The notes under the pieces: model-generated
Told to the model about the DNA's origin: nothing
The model's input: the letters and a program-made list of their open reading frames with translations, nothing else
Database searches by the model: none
Position numbers and translations under genes: made by a program
Shown here: positions 22,001-32,820 of the stretch, one piece after another
Layout: each line of letters opens with the position of its first letter
How positions within the stretch are numbered: the first letter of the stretch is position 1
Assembly (NCBI GenBank): GCA_030704615.1
Contig: CM060731.1
Coordinates: 56,730,001-56,794,000, forward strand
DNA length: 64,000 nucleotides
From: Takakia lepidozioides
Taxonomy: Eukaryota > Plantae > Bryophyta
Direction: 5' to 3'

Positions 22001-23351
22001 ACACTGTTTGGTGCTTCAACTTAGGTGTGATTCACATGCCTGAAAGACACTCCTAGAGGGATACATTTCGACAGCAAAAAACAGAAAAGAAGAGGGGCAC
22101 AAACAGTGTGCGGTGCCGCACACTATTTCGTGCTTCCATTGTGCAATGTTTGAAGTTTGGGGGAACAGATGTGGATTGCTACATCTCACAAAGAAAACAA
22201 TTTTCACGACATGCAGCAACAGTGTGCGGCATCGCACACTGCTTTCAGCTTCCACATATGTCATCCTCAATAGTTTGAATCTTGTACTATGATCATCGTT
22301 TCGAACCAATTTGGATGGGCAGAAACAGTGTGTAGTGCCACACACTGCTTTCAGCTTTCATCTCAGGGTGCTTGAATTCTACCGGCATGATTTCAATGGC
22401 TGTCTTTCACTCCAAAATTGCTACTTTCAGAAAGGAGACAGACAGTGTACGACACCGTACACTCTATCCTGCATCCACAATCCTCTAATTCGCACTTCCA
22501 TGTCTCTTCGTTTGCACATGAAAACCTTACCAGGAGCTGTGACAGTAAGATGAGTTTGAAATCGCAACGTGCAATATCACCTTGCAGGCTACTTGGAAAC
22601 ATGAAAGAGATGTTTTCCTAATTCTCCTTGATCAAAAGGCGAACCAAAAAACACGGCCAGACAGCCGCAAGAATGTGCGGTGCCACACACTCTCCCAGCA
22701 TAACTTATCACAAGAACAAAAGCAGAAACATGACAACAGTTCTACCTTCCTTTGTGCTGCAGGCTCCCCAATCGTCAGGTCCACTTTCCTCTTGACAGTT
22801 CTTTCAACTCCGATCATTGTCTGGATCCTCTCTTCCATCCTCTTGTCAAGAATGTGCATATGCATGAGGCCGGCATCAACGTCGTCTTTGGGGTCGGAGT
22901 CGTCCTCCAATGCTGTCTCTTCCTCACCCATTCTGCGCATGATAGGCGGCTGTTCGTCTGCTTGGAGATCGTTTGCCTGCATTGCCAGTCTCTCCCTTGC
23001 TTTTGTATTGGTCTGCAGTTGGAGGAAAGGGCCCGGTCGGTTCTACATACGCAGCTGGCTGACTATGGGATCACCATGACAGAACCGAAGGTCTGCTTCC
23101 AAGCATACATGAGGAAATGGAGAGCCACAATGTGGCAATCTTGTTTCTTCAGAGAGTTCAGCAAGGATGTTGGCATCAGTCAAACAAATGAGCTTGACCA
23201 ACAAGAGAAAAGAGAGGAGGCTTGGAAACGATGCCTTTACAGTGCGAAATGGATTGTGCTTCTTTGTTTTGCATAGACACACTCTCCTCCATCCAACTTG
23301 TTTTTGGCTGGCTCATATGAGTTTGTGGTGGAGTGTACTGTGCCGCATACT
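22001..23351. repeat. Periodic array of a 20-bp palindrome AGTGTGCGG-TG-CCGCACACT with diverged spacers
   Basis: Copies at 22105, 22221, 22327, 22444, 22672, 23332, plus a truncated one ending at 22005. Confidence 0.85.
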
Positions 23352-24089
23352 CTTTTAGGGGGTCTTCGTGATGGGGTAGAAAAGCTGGGAGACAATATTT
23401 GCATTGCATAATGAGGCTGTCTCTGTTCCTGCAGGTACATAAAGTATGTTCTCATGGCAGAGAACTGCTTGGACAAACATCCTGGTTTCGTGGACCTTTG
23501 GTTTGTCCCTGCTGGCAACCAGACCATGTTTACTACGGGGATCTTGCATGACTGGGGCCCAGACCATCTTTCTGCTTGTGGTTGGTATTTGGATTGCCCT
23601 GCTTCTGAGACCCCAGCTCAGGAGGTGTCTTTGAGGAGAGAGAATGAGCGTATAGCAGCCAGCGTCGCAGCAGCCGACGTCTGTGTCGACGAGGAGGAGG
23701 AGGTAATGCCCAGTATGTCCCCACAGTTGGTAGTCTACCTGCTCAGTCTACTGCATCAATCTGCTTGTGGACTTGCTGGTCAGTCCCATGAGTTTGCTCG
23801 TCTTGCTTCCTGAGTCCAGTGCTACAGTCCCCTCCTGCAGTCCACTATAGATGCGCAGGTGTTTGTTGTCATAGAGTCTGCTGGTTCAGTCTATTGTACG
23901 TGCGCAGGTGTCTCTTGCCGTTGAGTCTGCTGGAGTCCGCTGGTTCATTTGTTCTGTGCCACAATGCTAGAGAGTCTGCTGCCGTGAGTCTGATGCTGAG
24001 TTAAGAATGAGCTCTGTATCAGTGAGCTGTCTGGGGTCCCAACATCTATAGAATGACTTAACATAAGGCCAGATTTTGGCTAGCGCAAT

Positions 24090-25711
24090 CTATGTATAAG
24101 CCAACAGGATAACACTGGAGCTCGGTGGCATGGTGAGACGGACGAGGAGATGGTGTCGGGATGGCATGCATCTGCCTTTTTGTGTATCTTGGCATCGGGA
24201 GGTTAGGTTGGACCTACAACAGGGATGACTGTAGACGGAGTGTCTGAGAACCCTAAGGCTAGTGATGAGCCAGGTGGTGCCAGAAATATACATGAGGATT
24301 CGGTTGTGTTGGACTACCTCCGCACTGGAGACCCGGCAGCTAGTGTGACTGCCAAGGAGATGGATCGGATCCTACAATGAGCCAAGAGGTTCAAGTGGGA
24401 GGGGATACACCTGCTTCGAGTGTGGGAGGATGGTTGGGTGAGGATTGTGCCTCACCCAACATAGCGTGCACGGTTAGTGCGGCATACCCATGAGGAGTTG
24501 GGGCATTTTGGAGTGCGACGCACTCATAGTTTACTGCAGGGGCAGTATTGGTGGCGTGGTATGCACACAGAGGTGCAACAGTTCGTGGCTAGATGCATGG
24601 TGTGTGATAGGGTGCGTGCTTCATTCAACGCCCCTACACCACAGTTGCATCCATTACCCATCATGGGATTGGGCTACAGGTGGAGTCTTGACTTCGCAGG
24701 GCCGTTGCCATTGACGATGCGCCACCACAGATATGTGTTGGTGATGGTGGAGCACTTCTCCAAGTACATTGAGTTGGTTCCATTGCTTGACAAGGCTAGT
24801 GAGGGGGCTGCGTATGCATTCCTGGATCGTGTGCGTAGCCGATTCGGCAGCTGAGGTACTCACGGACCAAGGGAGAGAGTTCTTGGGGGAGTTTCAGGCT
24901 TTGTGTGATAAAGCCTTGATAGACCACCATACCACTTCTCGGGATCATCCTGAGGCCGATGGCTTGGCAGAGAGAGTGGTGCAGACGGTGAAGAGGGGTT
25001 TGCGCAAGTATGGCTTGCAAAATGGACACCTAGGAAATTGGGATCTTTAGGTACCTTGGTTAGCCATGGGCTACAGGTTCAGCAAGCAAGCATCACTTGC
25101 CTCCTTCTCACTATATTTCTTTCTCTTTGGCCGAGAGCCGGATTTGCCTGCATCTATTCGCAGGGAGGCTGCAGTAGTCCTCAACCTTGATGATCCGAAT
25201 GTGTGGACACAAGCATGTGCCCAGCGGGCAGAGTTGTTCAAGAGAGTCATGCCTATGGCTTTTGAGAATCTTGCTATTGCCCAACACCGAGACACATTGA
25301 GGTATGCCACTATACGTGGAGGGGGATATCGGCCAGGTGTTTGGCGTTTCCACCCTGGGGACTATATGTATCTGCAGCAGACAGCGCCTACGACCTTGGA
25401 TGTCACAACAAGACGTGTGATTCTAAGGGTCGGGGAGGTGTTACCTTCAGAAGTGTTGAGATGGCATGGTATGGAAGGATCGTGTGCACAATTGTGCGCC
25501 ATGTCACCTTCCACATGTGGATGGGAGGATAGATCCCAACCTTGCAGTGGTACCTACAGGATTGCGTTGCATGCTATGTGGGCATGCTCGTGGTGCCGCC
25601 ACTATGCTGGTGTGTGATCGATGCTCAAGAGGTTGGCATATGGGATGCTTGACACCACCTCTTGAGAGGGTTCCTGATGGAAATTGGTTATGTCAACCCT
25701 GCTTGGGATAG
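24090..25711 (+). pseudogene. Degenerate Gypsy-type integrase with C-terminal PHD finger (plus RH-INT linker)
   Basis: HEELGHFG..YWW..CMVC (HHCC), WSLDFAGP, LTDQGREF, DGLAERVVQTVK; PHD C4HC3: CMLC..CDRCSRGWHMGCLTPPLERVPDGNWLCQPC; several stops and frameshifts. Confidence 0.9.
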
Positions 25712-25971
25712 TGGCAGTGGATATGACTAATGGCAGCTCACAAGACATGGGAGGCCAAGCTCATAGGAGTCAATACCCTAGATGTCAGGCTCAAGTTCAC
25801 AGGTTGCAAGACGGCGACTAACGATGGGGCAACTCTTGTACCCGGCCTCTTGATCTATTGAGTTTGAGTGTAGTAGGGACAATGGTGGAGGACCTAGTGA
25901 GGCTATGGCCACTATCACATCTTGTGGCTACTTGGACTTAGAGGGACCTAAGCGCCAGCTAGGGGGGCGAT

Positions 25972-26289
25972 TGTGATGGACTAGTGGCAGCCTAATGATG
26001 GACTAGTAGCTGCACTAGTGGTGGCTAGTGGCAGCCTAGTGGTGGACTAGTGGCTGCACTAATGGTGGCTAGTGGCAGCCTAGTGGTTGGACTAGTGGCT
26101 GCACTAGTGGTGGCTAGTGGCAGCCTAGTGGTGGACTAGTGGCTGCCCTAGTGGTGACTAGTGGTTGTCTAGTGGCAGCCTAGTGGTGCATTAGTGGTGG
26201 ACTAGTGATAGACTAGTGTTTGGTGTGCACATATGTTGTGTGGTTTTGGACAGCGATGTAGTTGTGTAGCAATATGTATGCGCACGATA
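25972..26289 (+). repeat. Terminal-repeat half B of the PHD-Gypsy (contains 11-bp CTAGTGG-core tandem repeats), preceded by PPT-like AGGGGGGCG+AT
   Basis: TGTGATGG...CGCACGATA; inverse copy at 30846-31245. Confidence 0.88.
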
Positions 26290-26291
26290 GC

Positions 26292-26602
26292 TGTCAAGTT
26301 ATTTTACCACCGGTGTGAAATTAGCTAGGAAATAGCTAGCTTTTATATATTGACATTTGGGATTGACCCAAGTGTCAATCTAGGGGCCAATACATGTTTG
26401 GGCACCTGACGTTGTTATCTTCACGGCAGATCGCGGTGGGCTCATCTTTCTCGAGTTGAGCCTCACCGCGTCTAGCTATGGCGCCGTAGTGTGGATTCCC
26501 CATGGCGTGGGGTGCACTTGGCTCCACTTAATATATGAGTGATGTTTTCATGTGCGAGTGTGTGAGTTTGAGAGAGCTTGTATGCTTGTATCATTCATTT
26601 CC
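26292..26602 (+). repeat. Terminal-repeat half A of the PHD-Gypsy (lacks last ~6 nt)
   Basis: TGTCAAGTTATTTT...CATTTCC; inverse copies at 30376-30690 and 31248-31563; TATA-like TTATATAT at ~26343. Confidence 0.88.
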
Positions 26603-26619
26603 GCTCTGTAAAGAGTCCA

Positions 26620-27600
26620 TTACTGCTGCACCAGCACCAGTGGCGGTGCCTGCCTTCAACCCTATTGTGGAGTTCTTCGAAGAGTTGAGAATGAACTACC
26701 AAGGGGTGATGAAAAAGAAGTTGAGGAGCTTGCAAGAGTTCCAAAGGAAGCCCACTGAGAGCTTGAGGGAGGCTCTCACTCGCATGAGGCACTTGATTAA
26801 TGTAACCCAAGGGGTTACGGAGGCTCAGGGCAGTCCAGTTCTGGTACGGATATTGGACAAGGAGCTGAGGAGAAGGGTGCGGGATGCAACTCTCCTACAA
26901 GCGGCCTAACCCACCTTAGCAAATGTGTTTTTACTGGCAGAGCGGATAGAGCTCAACATGGTGGAGGAACGAGTGGTCATGATGGGATTTGCTAAGGAGG
27001 TACCACGGGGTAGTGGTGCTCCTATCCAGCCACTACCTCAACGTGCTCAAGGCAGCAAGGGGGCTCAGTTGAAGCCCAGGGAAGGGCAGAGAGGACCTCA
27101 GATGCAGGGGTCTCTCCCTTCATTTGCTGGCCAACAACGGGCGGATGTGGTGTGCTGGACATGACCCCATGTCAAGAAGGATTGCCCAGAGGGAGGCAAT
27201 GGTTTGGCACCGGCACAGCCTGCACATGTGCGGTGTGGGCATTGTGGCAGGTACGGGCATGGAGAGGCCCAGTGCTATGGTTTGCACCCTGAGTTGCGCC
27301 CAGGCCAGTTCCAAGGGAACAATGGTGGCCGAGGGCGAGGTGGAGCAGCCCAGAGAGGACGAGGTGGCCAGGCACGAGGTGCAGGCTAAGGGCAGGCTCA
27401 ACATGGCCAAGGACGCGGAGGTCAGGTTGGTGACCAAGGCATGGCCAACCAGCTTCAGCAGCTAGAGTACAGGCTCGCTGCCATGGCCACAGCTCAGGTG
27501 GTACCGACTCCAAGGCTGGATGGTCCACCTCCTGCTCCTGAGGGAGGAGACTTAGGAGGCATGGGATTCATGTGCGGGGCAGCACTAGCACTAGTAAGGG
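26620..27600 (+). pseudogene. gag: gag C-terminal half of the PHD-Gypsy (degenerate)
   Basis: LQEFQRKPTESLREA.RMR..., LAERIELN; zinc knuckles (VCWT...HVKKDC, CGHCGRYGHGEAQC); RGG-rich tail. Confidence 0.75.
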
Positions 27601-27618
27601 GTGCCACTACCACTACCA

Positions 27619-28215
27619 CTATGGGTGGGGCACCACTACCATTGGTGCTGGTGCAGCAGTAGCTTGGGTGGACGTCGTAGTTGCTGTACCACCAGTCTCA
27701 CTACTGCTCGTGGAAGCTGGTGGTGCAGCTGCCGGTGTGGCTGCTGCCGTTGTGCCTCTAGTGATGGAGACATAGTCGGGTGACCAGTACATCCTCCACT
27801 CCTCGATCTCAACATCGTCCCCCCGCCTAAACTCATGGTAATCATCCATGGGCGGCCCCTCAAGGTGCTGAAACAGCCCCTTCCATGCCATGAAAGGTGT
27901 AAACAGTTGTGGATTGCGCATTTGCTGCGAGTCACACCAACTATCAAACTCTTGGATAAAATCATCCAACTCAATGGTGCCCACCGCCCTAAAGTACCTT
28001 CGTGGCCCCTTGGTGGCTCCATACATCTCCTCCATCGTGTCCCACAATAATGGCAAGGAAACAACTTGCACCGCCGGTGTGAGTCGTCCTGATTCACAAT
28101 CCAAATTAGAACCTTCCGTAGAAGACACAGGAGGTGAAGGTGGCCTAAACCGCACACCTCGTCTCGTATACCCGCTAGTGCTCGTACCGGCACTTTCCCC
28201 AGCAACTAGTGGCAA
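27619..28215 (-). pseudogene. gag: gag N-terminal half of the PHD-Gypsy
   Basis: YFRAVGTIELDDFIQEFDSWC...LFQHLEGP gag-like core; ends in TAAPAP, where the plus-strand half begins. Confidence 0.7.
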
Positions 28216-30359
28216 CTCTGTGTTGATAAACTGACACTCAACCGGTCATGAACATGTCTCTAACCCCCTCTCCACAAAGTAACCGGGTAGAGAACCTGAT
28301 GTGGCTTATGGTTTGGAATACTAGGTTCCTAACATAGCCTGCACCTGCACCTGCATCCACTGCATGCACTCCTATGGTTGGCTGGTCATCACCTCCAACC
28401 TCACCACAGGAGAAACAAAGATGGTCTGACTGGTCATCAACCCAACCTCACCATCGACAGTATGCTCTAGGGTGGGATCGGCGATCAAGCCCGAGTCCAC
28501 CACCTATAAAATCAAGCGCCCACACAAAACTAGCATGGCGCACAATCAAGCATGCAGGTGTGGAGGGGATCCAAACACAAGAATGAAAACAACAACTCCC
28601 CCACACAAAAAAATAACTCCACAGTGTCGCTCCTGCAACCCAGCCCAAACCCAGACTGACTCTTGCCTCCACCTACAGAAAGGTCTTGGCCTACAGAGAA
28701 GGTGGAAAGCTACGAGGAAGAGAAGCTAAAGCAATGCCTATCCCAAGCACGCTCTCATCCCAACACCCTTTTTTTTCCTCTCTTCTCTCATTTGCATGAC
28801 CATGAGAGCATCCTGTAGACACTCCTCAAACCACCCTCCACGAGCTCATGAAACTTGGCCTCCAAGGCCCCATGCAAGCCTCCACAGGGTCTGCCAGTGC
28901 CTCCTTACGTCCACCAGCCATTCCTCCGAATGGAACCACCTCAGGAAACCACACCGTTCACTGAAGGTTCAAAGATGGAGCAAATAGAGGTACATATAGG
29001 CCCCAACAACATTCTGTCCAAAGGAATTACCTGCAGGCTGGTCTTCCCCATAGTTAAGAATTGGGCTGAAAAAAACCGTTGTTATTCAGAGCCCAGCCTC
29101 CCCATCAAGGTCCCACGAAACGAGTTTTTCACTCTAACCGTTCGCGGCCTTCCGTGGCTCCAACCGCCACTACTCCTCACGGCCCGTCCTAGGCGCTCGT
29201 TGGCCACGGGCTGCCCAGTGATACCCCGTGGTACCACTCCCACGAGCCTTCACGGCCCGCCATTCCCACGATCTGGTCACTGTGCCCACCCGTTGTGTCC
29301 GCACCACGACTTCCAACGGTCACGGTCAATGGTCACGGTCAACCATCACGACCTAGGCTCGTGGTATCTCGTGATACCGCCCCAACGGCCCATCACAACC
29401 ACTATTCCATGCGTTCCCTGGAACTCCCAACGAGTTCCCATGAGTTCCCGGGGCGTTCCCACGCGTTCCTGAGCTCTTCCCGAGCTGGGGTTTGCTCCAG
29501 CACCTGTTGCCGACGAGCTATGGCTTCTGCGGAGCCATCAGCCCCGTCGCCCTGCACTCTTGAGCTCTCACGGCCCACTAGAAGTGCCTCCAACTCAACA
29601 AGCAAGCTATATGCTGCCCAACAAGCTTCATTTCTCCACGAAACTCACAAAAGTGAATCTGAAAATACACACCTTGATAAACTTGGTGTACGTGCAGTTC
29701 TACTGCACATTCCCTGGCTCTAGGACGCCTCACTGCTGCCCTTCCAGCCCTGCTCTTGCCACTCCAAGAGCCCTCGCCGTGCTAGAGTTTCAGATTGAAA
29801 CTTCCAACTCAAGCAATACTTCACAAGTGCACTGATTTGCACACAAGAGGGACCAGCCCCCTCCTTTCACTCATACCTCTTTATGAGCTTGGAGCTACAG
29901 CTCCCAACAGGCTGCGATGCATCCCCTCGCAGCTCCGCCATTCGGCTGCTCCTCATCTACCTACAACAACTCGTTTCGGGCAAATACCTGGAGCTGATCA
30001 TATCATCTCCAACCTGCAACATGCTAACTTCCCATGCGCAGCCCACATTTCAGCAGCTCCTTAACTCGGCCTGCAGCTGAAAAAGACGACCACCAGTTCG
30101 CCCACTCGTGGCCAGCATCTCCTCCGCTCCACACTAGAAGCCCAAACTTGGTTGCCATAGCGTTGAGCTATGCAACGCCAATCTTCAACATAGGCTACCC
30201 GCCTCTCTATCCATGGCAAACCTGCAACCTGTTCGCCTTTGCACTCTATCCGCTTTGAATAGGCTCATGCATGGCTCCCTGCACTCTAGGTTGACCGCTT
30301 CTCATGATCTGAAAACACAAGTGCTACAACTAACTCGAATCTGGCACTCACAGACTCGA

Positions 30360-30375
30360 GCTCATCTTTCTCGAG
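30360..30375 (-). other. Self-complementary primer-binding site CTCGAGAAAGATGAGC
   Basis: Directly follows half A on the element strand; exact reverse complement of an internal 16-mer of A (26440-26455; 31400-31415); no TGG tRNA signature. Confidence 0.7.
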
Positions 30376-30690
30376 TGATAAGGAAATGAATGATACAAGC
30401 ATACAAGCTCTCTCAAACTCACACACTCGCACATGAAAACATCACTCATATATTAAGTCGAGCCAAGTGCACCCCACGCCATGAGGAATCCACACTACGG
30501 CGCCATAGCTAGACGTGGTGAGGCTCAACTTGAGAAAAATGAGCCCACCGCGATCTGCCGTGAAGATAACAACGCCAGGTGCCCAAACATGTATTGGCCC
30601 CTGGATTGACACTGGGTCAATCCAAATGTCAATATATAAAAGCTAGCTATTTCCTAGCTAACTTCACACTAGTGGTAAAATAACTTGATA
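30376..30690 (-). repeat. Half A at the 5' end of the minus-strand PHD-Gypsy copy
   Basis: Begins T(A)TCAAGTT directly against LINE coding sequence, ends CCTTATCA, then PBS and ~2.2-kb leader to gag. Confidence 0.88.
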
Positions 30691-30845
30691 GGCGGAAAAT
30701 AAGAGGATTTTAACCCACTCCAGGAAGGACCCACCAAATCCACATTTTTCCATAGTTCTAATTAGGAAATCCTAGTCAATCGAATCAAAGGCTTTTTCGA
30801 AATCTAGCATAAGGAATACAAGCGGTTGGCAATTTGTATTAGCAA
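30691..30845 (-). mobile_element. LINE ORF2 fragment carrying RT motif LDFEKAFD
   Basis: Manual translation: LANTNCQPLVFLMLDFEKAFDSID*DFLIRTMEKCGFGGSFLEWVKILLFSA. Confidence 0.9.
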
Positions 30846-31563
30846 TGTCGTGCGCATACATATTGCTACACAACTACATCGCTGTCCAAAACCACACAAA
30901 CACATGTGCACACCAAACACTAGTCTATAACTAGTCCACCACTAGTCCTGCCACTAGTGCAACCACTAGGCTGCCACTAGTGCAACCACTAGTCCGCCAC
31001 TAGTGCAACCACTAGTCCACCACTAGTGCAGTCACTAGTCCAACACTAGGCTGCCACTAGCCACCACTAGTGCAGCCACTAGTCCAACACTAGGCTGACA
31101 TTAGCCACCACTAGTGCAACCACTAGTCCACCACTAGGCTGCCACTAGACACCACTAGTGCAACCACTAGTCCACCACTGGGCTGCCACTAGCCACCACT
31201 AGTGCAGCCACTAGTCCATCACTAGGCTGCCACTAGCCCATCACAATTGATAAGGAAATGAATGATACAAGCACACAAGCTCTCTCAAACTCATATACTT
31301 GCACATGAAAACATCACTCATATATTAAGTCGAGCCAAGTGCACCCCACGCCATGGGGAATCCACACTACGGCGCCATAGCTAGACGCGGTGAGCTCAAC
31401 TCGAGAAAGATGAGCCCACCGCGATCTGCCGTGAAGATAACAACGCCGGGTGCCCAAACATGTATTGGCCCCTGGATTGACACTTGGGTCAATCCCAAAT
31501 GTCAATATATGAAAGCTAGCTATTTCCTAGCTAACTTCACACTAGTGGTAAAATAACTTGACA
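30846..31563 (-). mobile_element. 718-bp insertion composed of A + AT + B, flanked by 4-bp TSD GCAA
   Basis: Termini TGTCA...CGACA; GCAA at 30842-30845 and 31564-31567; removal restores LINE frame HEVLHLANTN. Confidence 0.88.
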
Positions 31564-32255
31564 GCAAGATGCAAGACTTCATGGGCCAAGATGATATTAT
31601 CTAGAATCATTTTGTCTTTAATAAAACCAGACTGGTTTTTCCTAATAATCCTGGGAAGCATCGGCTGGAGACGCAAAGCAAGGGCCAAGTAGCAATTATT
31701 TTGTAGAAAGAGTTCAGCAGGGTGATATGGCGATAGTTGGACAATTTATGCCTATCACCCTTTTTGAAGATGAGAGTAATCAGCCCCTCAGACAATTGCG
31801 AGGGCATAATCCCTTTGTCGAGGATGTCATTAGCCATTTCCAGGAAGCCCCCCCCCCACGACGTACCACATTGCTTTAAAAAATTCCACGGGCATACCAT
31901 CCAAACCTGGAGCTTTGAGGGAGGCCGAAGCTTCCGCCGCCTTTCCCAATTCTTCCTCAGTGAAGGGGGCTGCGAGACTGATTTTATCTTGAGGGGACAG
32001 AAGACAGGGGACATTGCGGAGCAACTCAAGCTTGGCCTCTTCCCTTTCGAAAGTGGAAGGCCTTTTCTCAAATAACTTTGTGAAGAAACATACAACCATC
32101 TTGGGCATGATGTGAAGAGATGAAGATGAGAAGACAGCATCATCTGTGAGTGAAGGCACCAGATTGGCAATTCTTCTCTGCCTAGCTTTAATGAAGAAGT
32201 ACCATGTCATTTTCTCTCCCCCTAATGACCAGTTAACACCCGCCTTCAACCTAAA
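31564..32255 (-). mobile_element. LINE ORF2 fragment (linker and RT N-terminal part)
   Basis: VNWSLGGEKMTWYFF...APFTEEEL...KAPGLDGMPVEFFK...LITLIFKKGD...NYRHITLLN...NQSGFIKDKMILDNIILAHE. Confidence 0.9.
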
Positions 32256-32574
32256 CACTACAACACACCCTATGTAATTTCGACGATTTAGTTTGATGTT
32301 GGCGTTGACTGTTGTCACTTTTGACTGTTCCAACCATTTTGTAGTCAAAATTTATATTAAAATATTCGAGGTGCTAGACAACCGCAAAAATTTTGACTGT
32401 AGTGAGAGACTTTGACTACCTAAAATGAGCTGACTGAGACAACCAGTTAAGCAATGGCACATGTAATCACAATATATAAATTATATAGCAATATATATGT
32501 GGATAATAAGAAGTAAAAAAAAAACTATTTTTTCACTGACCCAACACATTAATAGTAAACTAATCGTTCGCTGG

Positions 32575-32820
32575 TTAAGGTTAGTGAAACAAAACAACTG
32601 AATTATATGAACGAATGATAAATAAACGTCTTGCTGGCAGCTATTGGATGAACATATGAAAGGTTAGTGAAACAAAACAACTGGATTACCTGAACGAGTG
32701 ATAAACAAACGCCTTGCTGGCAGCTATTGGATGAACGTATGAAATATATTTTTTGTGCACTGGATGAACATATGAACAAACGATAAAGAAAACGCCTTGC
32801 TGGCAACTATTGTATGAACG
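32575..32820. repeat. ~83-bp tandem repeat (2.5-3 copies) inside the CACTA element
   Basis: aaggttagtgaaacaaaacaactg...cttgctggcagctattggatgaac repeated. Confidence 0.8.

Noticed and set aside
22001-23351. CRISPR array
   Set aside because: Eukaryotic TE context, no cas genes, degenerate 20-bp repeats and ~90-100 bp spacers that are partly homologous.
22582-23813. Named gene call for the overlapping short ORFs
   Set aside because: Fragmented, no motif I can recognise, and the coding strand is uncertain.
28855-29835. Plus-strand ORFs of 90-205 aa
   Set aside because: GC-rich antisense frames of the retroelement leader with no recognisable motifs.
24090-31563. Ginger DNA transposon (TGT..ACA ends, 4-bp TSD, PHD integrase)
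   Set aside because: Associated gag with zinc knuckles, RH-INT linker, PPT and PBS-like site indicate a retroelement, and there are no long TIRs. RT itself is not present in the window, so this is not fully excluded.
25972-31563. DIRS/Ngaro element with split direct repeats
   Set aside because: No tyrosine recombinase seen; a DDE integrase and a TSD are present.
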